Shown here piece after piece: positions 1 to 10,008 of a DNA stretch of 64,000 nt. Every line of letters begins with the position of its first letter. The first letter of the stretch is position 1. The position numbers and the translations under genes were made by a program. Source of the DNA: an uncultured delta proteobacterium (lineage in GTDB: Bacteria > Desulfobacterota > RBG-13-43-22); NCBI GenBank assembly GCA_963790475.1, contig CAWBOS010000012.1:992001-1056000 (forward strand). Direction: 5' to 3'. Below the pieces are notes generated by a model. It was not told where the DNA came from. It was given only the letters and a program-made list of their open reading frames with translations, and did not search any database.

Positions 1-2
1 TC

Positions 3-296
3 GTTTCCGAACAATGGGTGGAAAAATCGACCAAGACAGACCCCACCGTCCAAATGTGGAATGCCTATGGATACCTCTGGCATGTTAATTTACCCCTCCG
101 GTTGAAGGTTAACCAGTCCCCCGTTCCCATAGACGCCATTCCTGCGGACGGATTCATGGCCGAAGGGGTTCTGGGCCAGAATATAATCATCATCCCTTCT
201 AAGGACCTGGTGATTGTCCGGGTGGCCAACCAGACCAAAGGGCCGATGGACCTGGTCAAATTTCTGAACATGGTGCTGAGCGCCATTGAAAATTAG
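3..296 (+). CDS. Serine hydrolase (beta-lactamase/AmpC-like family), C-terminal part; runs off the window start
   Basis: Frame is open from nt 3: VSEQWVEKST...YGYLW...AEGVLGQNIIIIPSKDLVIVR, a typical C-terminal motif of the family. Confidence 0.8.
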   Translation, partial: VSEQWVEKSTKTDPTVQMWNAYGYLWHVNLPLRLKVNQSPVPIDAIPADGFMAEGVLGQNIIIIPSKDLVIVRVANQTKGPMDLVKFLNMVLSAIEN

Positions 297-358
297 TTCT
301 TTTTGCGAAACTATCAATAGGAGAGAGCCGAAATCAGATCAAATGAAAGGAAGATAAG

Positions 359-1255
359 ATGAAGCTGAAAGGTAAAGTGGCCCTGGTCGCCGGAGGCGGA
401 CAGGGGATCGGTGAAGGGATTTCCCTTTGTTTTGCTGAAGAAGGAGCGGATGTCGCCATCGCTGATATCAACGCTGATAACGCCAAAAAGGTTGCTGAAA
501 AAATCGAAGCGATGGGGTGTAAGGCGCTTGTCTTATCCGCCGACCTTACTGAAGACAACGAAGCTCAAAAAACCGTTCAGGAGACTGTTGATTTTTTTGG
601 CAGGATCGATATTCTGGTTAACAATGTCGGTGGGGTAAATGCGGAGACGCTGATGCAGGTCGGGGAGCATCGAACCACCCTCGGGGATGAAAGCCTACCA
701 GAATTTATGTATTTCAATTCAAAAGTTTGGGATCAATATTACAAATTGAACCTGAAAACGCATGTGATTCTAAGCCAGGCGGTAACCCCCCATTTTATTA
801 AGCAGCGAAGCGGCAAGATCGTGAATATATCCTCTGTCTCCGGAAGGCTCCCTGAGCCGGGCCACATGCCCTATGGTTCCATGAAGGCCGGTGATATTTC
901 CTTGACCTGGTCCTTGGCCAGGGCACTGGCTCCTTACAATGTGACGGTTAACTGCATCTGCCCCGGGTTTGTGTATACTCCCCTCTGGGATATGGGGGCA
1001 ACGGCCCGTTTCAATATGATTCGTGAAGCCAAGGCTAAAGGACAGGGGCTTCCCCCAGGTGTTGCTGCCGATGATGTTGAAAGGCTCTCCCCGAGGGAAT
1101 TGTGGCTGAAGTATATCGTCGTACCTTCCACACCACTTGGAAGAGAGCAGACGGCGGAGGATATGGGGCGGGCGGCGGTTTTCCTGGTTTCGGACGATGC
1201 CAAAAATATTACCGGACAGATCCTGCATGTGGACGGCGGAATGACCATGAGATGA
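359..1255 (+). CDS. SDR family NAD(P)-dependent oxidoreductase
   Basis: GGGQGIG Rossmann motif, LVNN, YGSMK (YxxxK) catalytic motif, ITGQILHVDGG C-terminus. Confidence 0.95.
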   Translation: MKLKGKVALVAGGGQGIGEGISLCFAEEGADVAIADINADNAKKVAEKIEAMGCKALVLSADLTEDNEAQKTVQETVDFFGRIDILVNNVGGVNAETLMQVGEHRTTLGDESLPEFMYFNSKVWDQYYKLNLKTHVILSQAVTPHFIKQRSGKIVNISSVSGRLPEPGHMPYGSMKAGDISLTWSLARALAPYNVTVNCICPGFVYTPLWDMGATARFNMIREAKAKGQGLPPGVAADDVERLSPRELWLKYIVVPSTPLGREQTAEDMGRAAVFLVSDDAKNITGQILHVDGGMTMR

Positions 1256-1315
1256 AGGAGTACATTATTATTTGTCTCGGAATTGAATTGGATATCGTTT
1301 TTAAATGAAAAATTT

Positions 1316-1397
1316 CTGGACCCTGGATTTCGCCGGGGTGACCAATAAAGGGAAAATATGCATTTCGCGTCATTCCGGGCTTGACCCGGAATCCAGG
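1316..1397. repeat. REP-like palindromic units (GTCATTCCGG...CCGGAATCCAG family)
   Basis: ctggaccctggatttcgccggggtgac and gtcattccgggcttgacccggaatccagg; same family recurs at 7746, 9761, 54818 and 61505. Confidence 0.75.
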
Positions 1398-1459
1398 GAC
1401 TCTTTTTTTTCTATGTTGAGACTAATAATAAAAATAATGGGTTTTTGATAGGAGCTGTT

Positions 1460-2283
1460 ATGAAAGCTTGTGTGGCCACGGGAGAAAAAAGACGGATCGA
1501 GTGTCAGGAAGTGCCGACTCCTTCCATTGGACCGGGGATGCTTCTGCTGAAAACTCGATATGCCTGCATCTGCGGCAGCGATCTTGAATATCTGGACGGT
1601 TCTCTGTCCCTTGTCGGCCAGGGGGTCACCCATCTGGGGGCGGTTTTGGGCCACAAGACCGCTGGAGATCTAGGATTGGATACCCAACCGGGAGCAGCCG
1701 ATTTGATCGGCCAGGTCTTCGGCATTCAACCCGGTTCTGTCCCGGGCCACGAATTTGTGGCCGAAGTGGTCGAGGTAAAATAGGTTTGCTGGCCATGTTG
1801 TCGGCCAGGGTATACGGAGCTTCACCGATCATCGTGGTCGATGTAGTCCCCTCTCGTTTGGAAAAGGCCCTGGAGTTGGGTGCCGATGCCGTGATAAATG
1901 CCGGCGAAGTTGATGCCGTGGCCGAAGTTGCTAAACTTACCGGAGATGGGGCCAACGCGGTTATCATTTGTGTTCGGGACGGCGAGGTCTTGAACCAGGC
2001 GGCGGAAATGGGCAGTCGCGGGGCTACCATTGTCCTGGCCGGCTTTGTCCCGCCCATGAAAGTAAATCCCATGCTCTGGACCGTCAAGCAATTGAGGATT
2101 GTGGGCGTGTTGGGCGGGCCGGCCGACAGCGGGAACGTCTCAGAATTGTCCCTGTATCTCATTGCTCATAAACAGATCGATCCTCGGCCGCTGATTTCAG
2201 AAATTATCCCTTTTACAGAGGTCCAGAGGGCGGTTGATTCGGTTTATGGCGGAGAAAATATAGCCGTTCTATTGAAGCCATAA
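1460..2283 (+). pseudogene. Zn-dependent alcohol dehydrogenase (MDR family) with internal deletion/frame break
   Basis: N-part has ICGSD and GHEF, then stops at TAG 1781-1783. Another frame resumes at IGLLAMLSARVYGA...ALELGAD. The central segment including most of the GxGxxG motif is missing. Confidence 0.8.
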
Positions 2284-2328
2284 AAGGGGAAAAATGGTTA
2301 GTTTAACTTTAGAGAAAGGGAATAATGA

Positions 2329-2928
2329 ATGGCTGATAAAAAACCTGAAGAGCTGAAAATTACCAGGCGGCAATTCATTGCCGGGGCGGGCACCGTTCTC
2401 GTCTTAGGTACGGTTCCGAAACTGGCCGTCGGCGTCACCGGGATGGCAAAAGCAGGCAGTGGGAAGATACTTGAAGGGGTTCCGGTGTCCGCTTTGATTG
2501 TCCATGATTCTAACCTATGTGCCGGTTGCGGGGTTTGCGGGCTCATGTGCGCCTTCTACCACGAGAAGGAATACGGGGCCTCGCTCTCACGTAATGAATT
2601 GGAGAGAGATCCCTTTCGTGTCGAATATACTTTTTACGTCTGCCAACAATGCACCTCCCCCGACTGCTATTTCGCCTGTCCGAATAAAGATGAAGCCTTA
2701 TGCGTGGATAAAAAGACCGGGGTGAAATATGTCAATACCGCCAAATGCGTGGGGTGCGGCAGTTGCACCGAGGCTTGCCGGTTCACCCCTCCCCGGGCCA
2801 ATGTCCATCCTGTAAAGAAGGTTTCCTTTAAGTGCGATTTGTGCCGCGAGAGGGTAGAGGGCCCAATTTGTGTGGAGTATTGCACGATGCATGCCCTGCG
2901 TAAAGTTTCAGGGAAGGAAAGGGGATAA
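2329..2928 (+). CDS. 4Fe-4S dicluster protein (DmsB/AorA-like) with twin-arginine signal peptide
   Basis: TRRQFI followed by a hydrophobic stretch; CAGCGVCGLMC, CQQC..PDC...CP, CVGCGSCTEAC, CDLC....PICVEYC. Confidence 0.9.
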   Translation: MADKKPEELKITRRQFIAGAGTVLVLGTVPKLAVGVTGMAKAGSGKILEGVPVSALIVHDSNLCAGCGVCGLMCAFYHEKEYGASLSRNELERDPFRVEYTFYVCQQCTSPDCYFACPNKDEALCVDKKTGVKYVNTAKCVGCGSCTEACRFTPPRANVHPVKKVSFKCDLCRERVEGPICVEYCTMHALRKVSGKERG

Positions 2929-2930
2929 AC

Positions 2931-4810
2931 ATGAAACCCTACGGCTGGAGCGGAAAAATACTCTGGGTGGATCTGACCACCCGCAAAATCAGCATGGTCC
3001 CCACTTCCGATTTTGAACCGGAGAAATATCTGGGCGGGATCGGTTTGAACAGCAAGATATTCTGGGAAATGGGGTGCCCCAGAGTCGAGGCCTTTGATCC
3101 CCAAAGCCCGCTGCTTATTGCTATTGGACCGGTAACCGGAACGGCGGGACCTTTCAGCCGGGCGGAAGTTTGTGTTATCGCCCCCCAGGCCTATCCGCAG
3201 GAAACCTTCGCTTATTCGGGGATTGGGGGAAAAATTCCCGTGGAAATCAAGTATGCCGGCTATGACGCCCTCGTCATAGTGGGTAAGTCCGACCAACCGG
3301 TGTATCTGTCCATAGCCGATGACCAGGTGAAGCTAAATGATGCCAAATCGATATGGGGCCTGGATACCTTCGAAACGCAAAAGGCCTTAATGGCCGCCCA
3401 TTCCAAAGCCGCTGTTCTGACTATCGGACCGGCCGGAGAAAATTTGTGCCGCGTGGCCATTATTCTCAATGAAACCGCCAGCGCCGCCGGTCAGGGAGGA
3501 TATGGGGCGGTTATGGGCTCCAAGAATCTAAAGGCCATAGTGGTCAAGGGCTCTGGGATCATGAAAGTGGCCAAACCGGATGTCCTGATGAAGCTTCAGC
3601 AGGAACGGATGAAGGACAGGGAGTGGCTTACCGGTGCAGCCCAGTCCTGGGGCAGGTATCCTTTGACCGGAGGCCAGATAGCCCGAAACATGCGGAGCTA
3701 AATATTTCAAACGTGTCGGGGGATGCCACGGCTGCACCTATCAATGTATGGGCATTTATGACATCCCGGGCATCGGCAAGGGTGCCCAGATGTGCGTGGA
3801 AGCCTGGTATGGATGGTTCAGCGGTGGTAGCTCCGAAGGGTACTGGGAAGGCAATATCCTCTCCCAAAAATTGGGGATCAATAACTATGAGCTTTTGGGC
3901 ATTATGTCCTGGCTGGTTACAATGCGTGGGATGGTGGACAAGAAAGCTTTGGGGGTTACTTCCATTCCGGTCATTGATCATAGCATTCAATACGAATTCG
4001 GTGGACAAAATGCCCACCATCAGTTTCCTGGTCGAGTTACTCAATGGCATGGCCAGCGGCAAAAGCATTCTCTCCCAGGGCACGGCCCGGGCCGCAGAGA
4101 AATTGGGACCCGCCGCTCAGGCGGCCTTTAAAGAAGTCTTTCCGGCCCGGGGGTATACACGCCATCATATCGAAAACGTCGGGTCGGCTCTGCACTGGGC
4201 CATGGATTCCCGCGACCCTTATAATTCATGCCATGATTATACCATGCCCTATCAAGGGTTTGGATATAATACCCAAGTGGCTTCTCACTTCGGTGTCCCG
4301 GGTGGTGATATGATGGGCGGCAGGAAGAATGTCTATGAAAAAACCGAATACCAGACCGCCTGGGTGCAGAATCACCAGAGCATTAAAAACTCCATGCCGA
4401 TCTGCGAATATGCCAGCATGCCCGCCAGCTTTTTTCATCCGCCGGCTATGGATATCCGCATTTTTGAATCCAGTGTTCTTTCTGCGGTCACCGGGATTGA
4501 TTATTCGGTGGAAAAATTGTGGGAAGCAGGGGAACGGATCACCAACATGAGGCGGGCTATAGCGGTTTCCAGGGAAAACCGGAGTCGGGAACAGGACACC
4601 CTTAGTCCGATCTGGTTTGAGAGGCGGGTTGGTCCTGCTGAAGCCCTGGGGGCCCCTTTGGATAAAACCAAATGGGAGGCCTTGAAAGACAGATTCTTTA
4701 GGCTCAGAGGCTGGAATAAAACGACCGGCAGGCCCACCAGGGCCAAACTGGAAAAACTCGGAATGAAAGGTGTAGCCGATCGGCTGGAGAAAGAGGGCAG
4801 ACTGGGATGA
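2931..4810 (+). CDS. Aldehyde:ferredoxin oxidoreductase family protein, split by two +1 frameshifts (near 3697 and 4025)
   Basis: GWSGKILWVDL, YLGGIG, AGYDALVI, IGPAGEN, GAVMGSKNLKAI; next frame gives GCHGCTYQC; third frame gives GRPTRAKLEKLGM. The three ORFs join into one AOR. Confidence 0.85.
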
Positions 4811-5032
4811 GGGGTAAGAGAAAAAAAGTTCGAAGTTAAGAGTTCGGAGTCCGGAAAAAACCCATGATATGATCCATGGCGCCGGGAATGCGAGTGACTG
4901 TTCAGACATGCTTTTCACTCCGCCTGCGGCCCTCGACCCCTTGAATCCTTGAACCCTTTTTCATAGATGATGGTGCCCCCTGGGGCGTGACGGTTATAAA
5001 CAAACTATAATAAGAATCGGAGGAAATTTGAA

Positions 5033-6712
5033 ATGACCATGATTGACGGAGGAGCCCTGGTCGGTAAGGCCCTGGCCAATGAGGGCGTGGAAAAGGCCTT
5101 CGTTTTGTGCGGCGGACATATTATGCCGATTTTTTATGGGATGCGCAATGCGGGGATTGAAATCATCGACATGCGCCATGAGTGCGCGGCAGTGTACGCG
5201 GCCATCGCCTATACCAGGGCCGCAGGCAAGATGACGGTGGTGGTGACCACTGCCGGTCCGGGCGTCGGGAATACGCCGGCGGGAATGATGGAAGCTCAAT
5301 CGTTGGGTATTCCTCTCCTTCAGATCGGCGGGGCGGTGGCCATGACCAAGAGGGACGCTGGGGATCTTCAGGACATGTCCACCTTGAATGTAATGGAATC
5401 CTGTTCCAAGTGGGCCCGGAAAATCACTCTCACGGAGCGGATCCCGGAGTATGTCTCGATGGCTTTTCGCCAGGCCCAGGATTCAACCCCGGGACCGGTC
5501 TATCTGGAGATTCCCACGGATTTATGTTTCAACAAGGTGGAAGAGGGAAATATATCATTCCCAGTGAATTATCGTGCAAAGGCGATTCCTTTTGGCGATC
5601 CGGTTTTGATCGATGCGGCGGCAGACCTTTTAGTCAAGGCCAAGCAACCGGCTATTATTGTCGGTGACGGCGCTTTGTCATCGGTTGGGAATAAAGCCTC
5701 GGCTGTGGCGGGCCTCTCGGATTATTTAAAAATACCGGTTGGTGTCTCTGGGTCCTCGTGCCGGGGGTTGTTCGGGGACGAATATAAAAATCCGCTACTC
5801 AGAACCAATGCCATCTGGTTTGCTGATGTGATTTTAACCCTGGGCTGTCGTTTTGATTTCCGTCTGGGATTGGGGACTATGGTGCCGAAAGAGGCTAAGG
5901 TTATCCAGGTTCATACGGATATGTCGCAGATCGGTTTCAACCTGCGGGCAGATATTGGAATCGTCGGGGGAACTGGCCCGGTGGCCGGTCAATTGCTGGA
6001 AGTGGTAAAAACTAAAAGGAATAAACCCGCAGAGGTCTCCTGGGTTGGTCCGGATCCAAAATCCATGAAGGCGCAAATGTCAGAAGCTTACGGGGCGGAG
6101 GGTATCCCAATTCACCCGGCCCGTTGTGCCGGTGAGGTGGCCAAGTTTCTGGAGCAGGATGGCCGGGATTGGTCATTGATCTGTGACGGGGGCGAAGCCG
6201 CGGTTTGGATGATCATCGCCGCCACGGCCCAACGTCCGGGGCAGATCCATTCTTCGGGTCCAAACGGTACGATCGGTACCGGGCCCGCTCTGGCCGTCGG
6301 GGCCTGGGCGGCCAACCGGAAACCGGTCTTGTGGTATACCGGGGACGGGAGCTTCGGATTTTATGCCATGGAAATGGACACCATGGCCAGGCTGGGGATT
6401 CCTGTGGTTTGCGTCGTTTCCAATGACTCGGCCTGGGGGATGATCCGTCTGGCGGAGAGGTATATCCGGCCCGAAGAAATCGAAACCAGGGGGCAGTGCC
6501 ATGTGGAGCTGCATCATATGCGGGCTTATGAGAAGATGGCGGCTATGTGGGACGGGTATGGCGAATGTGTTACCGATCCGGCGGAGATCATACCGGCCAT
6601 CAAACGGGCGGCAGCCAACGGCAAACCGTCGATTATTAATGTGGAAGTGGACAAGGTAAGCCTTTCACCAATGATCGCCGGCTTCGCCAACATGGTCAAG
6701 CCGGACAAGTAA
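5033..6712 (+). CDS. Thiamine-diphosphate-binding enzyme (acetolactate synthase/benzaldehyde lyase/oxalyl-CoA decarboxylase-like)
   Basis: RHE motif, TAGPG, GPVYLEIP, GDGSFGF...NDSAWGM ThDP motif. Confidence 0.93.
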   Translation: MTMIDGGALVGKALANEGVEKAFVLCGGHIMPIFYGMRNAGIEIIDMRHECAAVYAAIAYTRAAGKMTVVVTTAGPGVGNTPAGMMEAQSLGIPLLQIGGAVAMTKRDAGDLQDMSTLNVMESCSKWARKITLTERIPEYVSMAFRQAQDSTPGPVYLEIPTDLCFNKVEEGNISFPVNYRAKAIPFGDPVLIDAAADLLVKAKQPAIIVGDGALSSVGNKASAVAGLSDYLKIPVGVSGSSCRGLFGDEYKNPLLRTNAIWFADVILTLGCRFDFRLGLGTMVPKEAKVIQVHTDMSQIGFNLRADIGIVGGTGPVAGQLLEVVKTKRNKPAEVSWVGPDPKSMKAQMSEAYGAEGIPIHPARCAGEVAKFLEQDGRDWSLICDGGEAAVWMIIAATAQRPGQIHSSGPNGTIGTGPALAVGAWAANRKPVLWYTGDGSFGFYAMEMDTMARLGIPVVCVVSNDSAWGMIRLAERYIRPEEIETRGQCHVELHHMRAYEKMAAMWDGYGECVTDPAEIIPAIKRAAANGKPSIINVEVDKVSLSPMIAGFANMVKPDK

Positions 6713-6821
6713 CAGGGTTCCAGGGTTCGAGGATTCAAGTCCCGCCAAAGTTATGGCCTCTTGAACCCTTTTTTTTCATTCTTCATCGGTGCCCACTTCA
6801 ATCAGCGTGGGTCTTGAAAAA

Positions 6822-7403
6822 ATGGAAGAACTTTTCGATCAATGGCCGGAAAAATACGAGCAATGGTTCCAGACCCCGATCGGGCGTCTGGTGGAGGAAT
6901 ATGAAAACAGACTTATTTTAGAGATGCTCCAACCTCTTCCCGGAGAGAAGATACTGGATGCGGGATGTGGCAGCGGTGTTTTCACCCGCCATCTTTTGGC
7001 CGCCGGCGCTCAGGTAGATGGCCTGGAGATCTCTCTCCCCATGCTTCAAAGGGCCAGGGAAATATCAGCGGGATATCCGTTCCGAAGCATTCAGGGAGAT
7101 ATGCTCCATCTCCCCTTTCGGGATAATCGATTCGATAAGGTCATTTCAGTTACCGCCATCGAGTTTGTCCAAGATGCTGGAGTTGCTGTACTAGAGGCCT
7201 TCCGGGTTACCAGGCCCGGAGGGGTTGTCTTGGTCGCAACCCTGAATAGTCTCAGCCCCTGGGCTTCCCGTCGACTGGAGGCGGCAAAAAAGGGACATCC
7301 CCTATTCAATCAGGCCATCTTCAGATCACTCGCTGAGATACGAACGCTGGCAGCGGTTGACGGAATCGTGATGGATAAAGCCTGGTTAAAGCAGGCTCAG
7401 TAA
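6822..7403 (+). CDS. Class I SAM-dependent methyltransferase (C-terminus possibly truncated)
   Basis: ILDAGCGSG, GDMLHLPF, RVTRPGG motifs. Confidence 0.85.
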   Translation: MEELFDQWPEKYEQWFQTPIGRLVEEYENRLILEMLQPLPGEKILDAGCGSGVFTRHLLAAGAQVDGLEISLPMLQRAREISAGYPFRSIQGDMLHLPFRDNRFDKVISVTAIEFVQDAGVAVLEAFRVTRPGGVVLVATLNSLSPWASRRLEAAKKGHPLFNQAIFRSLAEIRTLAAVDGIVMDKAWLKQAQ

Positions 7404-7462
7404 GACAAGGGCTTAAGTCAAGAGGAATATGAGGTTTGGATTAGAGTTCGGATTGGACGGAT

Positions 7463-7702
7463 ATGCTGATTAGGATTGAAATATCCAGCGTTCTTCAACC
7501 CATGATTCCGGTTTCCGGCAAAAATCTTTCAGGAGACCAATGGGAGGTGCCCGAGGGGACGCATACAGGAAATATTTTGGATTTATTGAGTCTGACCCAC
7601 ATTCCGACTATGCTCATTCTCAATAAAGGTGTGGTAAACGAAAAAGCTTTCCTAAGGGAGGGAGACAGGTTAAGGATTTTTCCGTTGGTTAGCGGGGGAT
7701 AA
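7463..7702 (+). CDS. MoaD/ThiS family sulfur carrier
   Basis: 79 aa ending LREGDRLRIFPLVSGG; adjacent to an AOR gene. Confidence 0.85.
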   Translation: MLIRIEISSVLQPMIPVSGKNLSGDQWEVPEGTHTGNILDLLSLTHIPTMLILNKGVVNEKAFLREGDRLRIFPLVSGG

Positions 7703-7745
7703 AAAGTGGCTGGCCACAGGAGGGGCAGAGGGTCTGCCCTGTGAC

Positions 7746-7859
7746 GTCATGCCGGACCCCGTATCGGGTACGGGGCAGGCCCGATCCGGCATCCAGGGAA
7801 TTAAAAACTCTGGATTCCGGCTGGAGTCTATCCCGCACTTGATGCGGGACCGGAATGAC
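7746..7859. repeat. REP-like composite palindrome
   Basis: gtcatgccgg...ccggcatccag / ctggattccgg...ccggaatgac inverted arrangement. Confidence 0.75.
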
Positions 7860-7941
7860 ATTATAGGCACTTATTATTGTCTTGTACTACAATTGGGAAG
7901 AAATTAAGATACCGAAAAATAGAAAAAGAGAGGAGTTTGTT

Positions 7942-9648
7942 ATGAAGATATTACGGGTGAACACCAGCAATCTGGAGACTCATTATGAAGACCTTCCTGC
8001 GGACTGGAAGATACTCGGTGGCCGGGGGCTTTCAGCCAAAATCATCAAGGCCGAAGTTCCACCTCAAAGCGATCCCCTCGGTCCGGAGGCCAAAATGGTC
8101 ATTGCCTCAGGACCACTGGCCGGCACCCTGGCCCCTTCCTGCGGTCGCATCTCCATAGGCGGAAAAAGCCCGCTGACCAAGGGGATCAAGGAGGCCAATG
8201 CCGGAGGCCCGGTTGGCCAGGATCTTGATAAATTAGGAATCAGGGCCATCGTCATCGAGGGCCTGCCCAAGTCGGATAAATTATACATCCTCTCCATCAC
8301 CAAGGATGGCGCCAAGTTAAAGGATGGAGAGGCCTATCGAGGCCTGAAGACCTATGACCTGGCCGATGCTTTGCGGAAAGAATACCATGACAAGATATCG
8401 ATCATCTCCATCGGGCCCGTGGGAGAACGAAAATCCCGGGCTTCGTCGATAGCTTTTACCGACAAAGATGGGCACTGCTCCAGACACGCCGCCCGAGGCG
8501 GACTGGGAGCGGTCATGAGCGCCAAGGGCTTAAAAGCCATCGTGATCGATGACCAGGGAGTGCCGCCCATCGTTTACGCTGACCGGAAAGCCTTTCAGGA
8601 AGCGTTGAAGAACTGGCCCGAAGTCCTTAAAAAGGATCCGTCGTTGGCCGGTACGAGCAAATACGGAACTCCCGGAATCATCGTTCCCTTGAGAAGTCTG
8701 GGAAGTATGCCCTCTAAAAACTACAGCAGTGAACCGACCGAAGGCTTTGAGGCCCTGGCCGGACCGTCCCTGGAAAAGATCAACCAGGAAAGAAAGGGCC
8801 GCATGGATGCCTGCATGCCCGGTTGCCTGGTCCGCTGTTCCGTTGTTTACAATGACGCCAACGGAAACCACCTTACCTCAAGTTACGAATATGAGACTCT
8901 GGCGCTCATGGGCACCAATTTAGGGATTGCGGACCCGGATGCCGTGGCCAGATTCGATCGGATCTGCGATGACCTGGGAATCGATACCATTGAACTGGGA
9001 AGTGCCCTGGGGGTGGCCGCATCGGCCGGAAAAATGGAGATGGGAAACGTGGCTTCGGCCCTGGCCCTCCTGGATGAAGTGGAAAAAGGAACGCCCTTCG
9101 GCAGAATCCTGGCCGATGGGGTGGTGGCCACAGCCAAATCGCTGGGGATTACCAGGATACCGGCCTTTAAAGGCCAGGCCATTCCGGCCCACGATCCCAG
9201 AGTAACCAAGGCCACGGGTGTAACTTACCATACCAGTCCCATGGGCGCGGATCATACGGCCGGAGTCTCCTATGAAAATCCCATGTCCAATGAAGGGCAG
9301 GTGGAGCGCTCCCTTAAAGCCCAAATCATGACTGCCATGATGGACTCTCTCGGTTACTGCATATTGGCTGCACCAACGAATAGAAAGGCTCTGCTTAGTT
9401 TTTTGAAAGATTTGATCAACGCCAGGTACGGTCTCAATGTCGATGAAAACGATCTTATTAAGATAGGCAGGGAAACTTTGAGGGATGAAGTCGCTTTCAA
9501 TAAAAAAGCCGGCTTTATCGAGGCCAACGATCCGGCGCCGGAATTTGTCCGAACCGAGCCCCTGGCCCCGACTCAAAGCGTTTTTGACGTGCCCGTGGAG
9601 CAAATAGACAGGATCTGGGATCAATTGAATACCATAATAGTCATCTGA
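7942..9648 (+). CDS. aor: Aldehyde:ferredoxin oxidoreductase (W/Mo-pterin)
   Basis: LGGRGL, KSPLTKGIKEANAGG, AARGGLGAVM, CMPGCLVRC, EYET, DDLGIDTI; RBS gaggag precedes ATG 7942. Confidence 0.93.
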   Translation: MKILRVNTSNLETHYEDLPADWKILGGRGLSAKIIKAEVPPQSDPLGPEAKMVIASGPLAGTLAPSCGRISIGGKSPLTKGIKEANAGGPVGQDLDKLGIRAIVIEGLPKSDKLYILSITKDGAKLKDGEAYRGLKTYDLADALRKEYHDKISIISIGPVGERKSRASSIAFTDKDGHCSRHAARGGLGAVMSAKGLKAIVIDDQGVPPIVYADRKAFQEALKNWPEVLKKDPSLAGTSKYGTPGIIVPLRSLGSMPSKNYSSEPTEGFEALAGPSLEKINQERKGRMDACMPGCLVRCSVVYNDANGNHLTSSYEYETLALMGTNLGIADPDAVARFDRICDDLGIDTIELGSALGVAASAGKMEMGNVASALALLDEVEKGTPFGRILADGVVATAKSLGITRIPAFKGQAIPAHDPRVTKATGVTYHTSPMGADHTAGVSYENPMSNEGQVERSLKAQIMTAMMDSLGYCILAAPTNRKALLSFLKDLINARYGLNVDENDLIKIGRETLRDEVAFNKKAGFIEANDPAPEFVRTEPLAPTQSVFDVPVEQIDRIWDQLNTIIVI

Positions 9649-9760
9649 TGGCTTCAAAGGTTGTCCGAAAAATTTTTATGCTGAAGGCTCGACTGAGAGG
9701 TTTGAAATTCTATGGTGATCATTGCTCGTTTCTCGTTCTGGTTTTAACCTGCAACCAGTA

Positions 9761-9904
9761 ACCGGTGATGAATTCGTAAAAAGGCGTCACCCCGGCGAAA
9801 GCCGGGGTCCAGGATATTATAACTAGTTAAAAATACTGGATTCCGGCTTTCGCCGGAATGACGATTGCGGGCTTCCGGCGACTTTTTACGAAGTTCTCAC
9901 CGGT
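9761..9904. repeat. REP/MITE-like palindromic element
   Basis: cgtaaaaag...gtcaccccggcgaaagccggggtccag...ctggattccggctttcgccggaatgac...ctttttacg, bounded by accggt at both ends. Confidence 0.8.
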
Positions 9905-10008
9905 AACGAGCAACGGGCAAAGCTGTCGTTAGCCCTTAACAGAGCTCATTTCAGCGTTAACTGCTTAGAGGATATTTTGTAAGAATCTAAATAGGGAGGT
10001 AATTTGAA

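Noticed and set aside
1781-1783. TAG inside the Zn-dehydrogenase as possible pyrrolysine read-through
   Set aside because: The downstream half is in a different frame and a large internal segment is missing; no pyl genes seen.
8920-9657. Long antisense ORFs (also 4226-4918, 11785-12552, 32748-33554, 47572-48318 and others)
   Set aside because: They shadow well-supported genes on the opposite strand and have no recognisable motifs.
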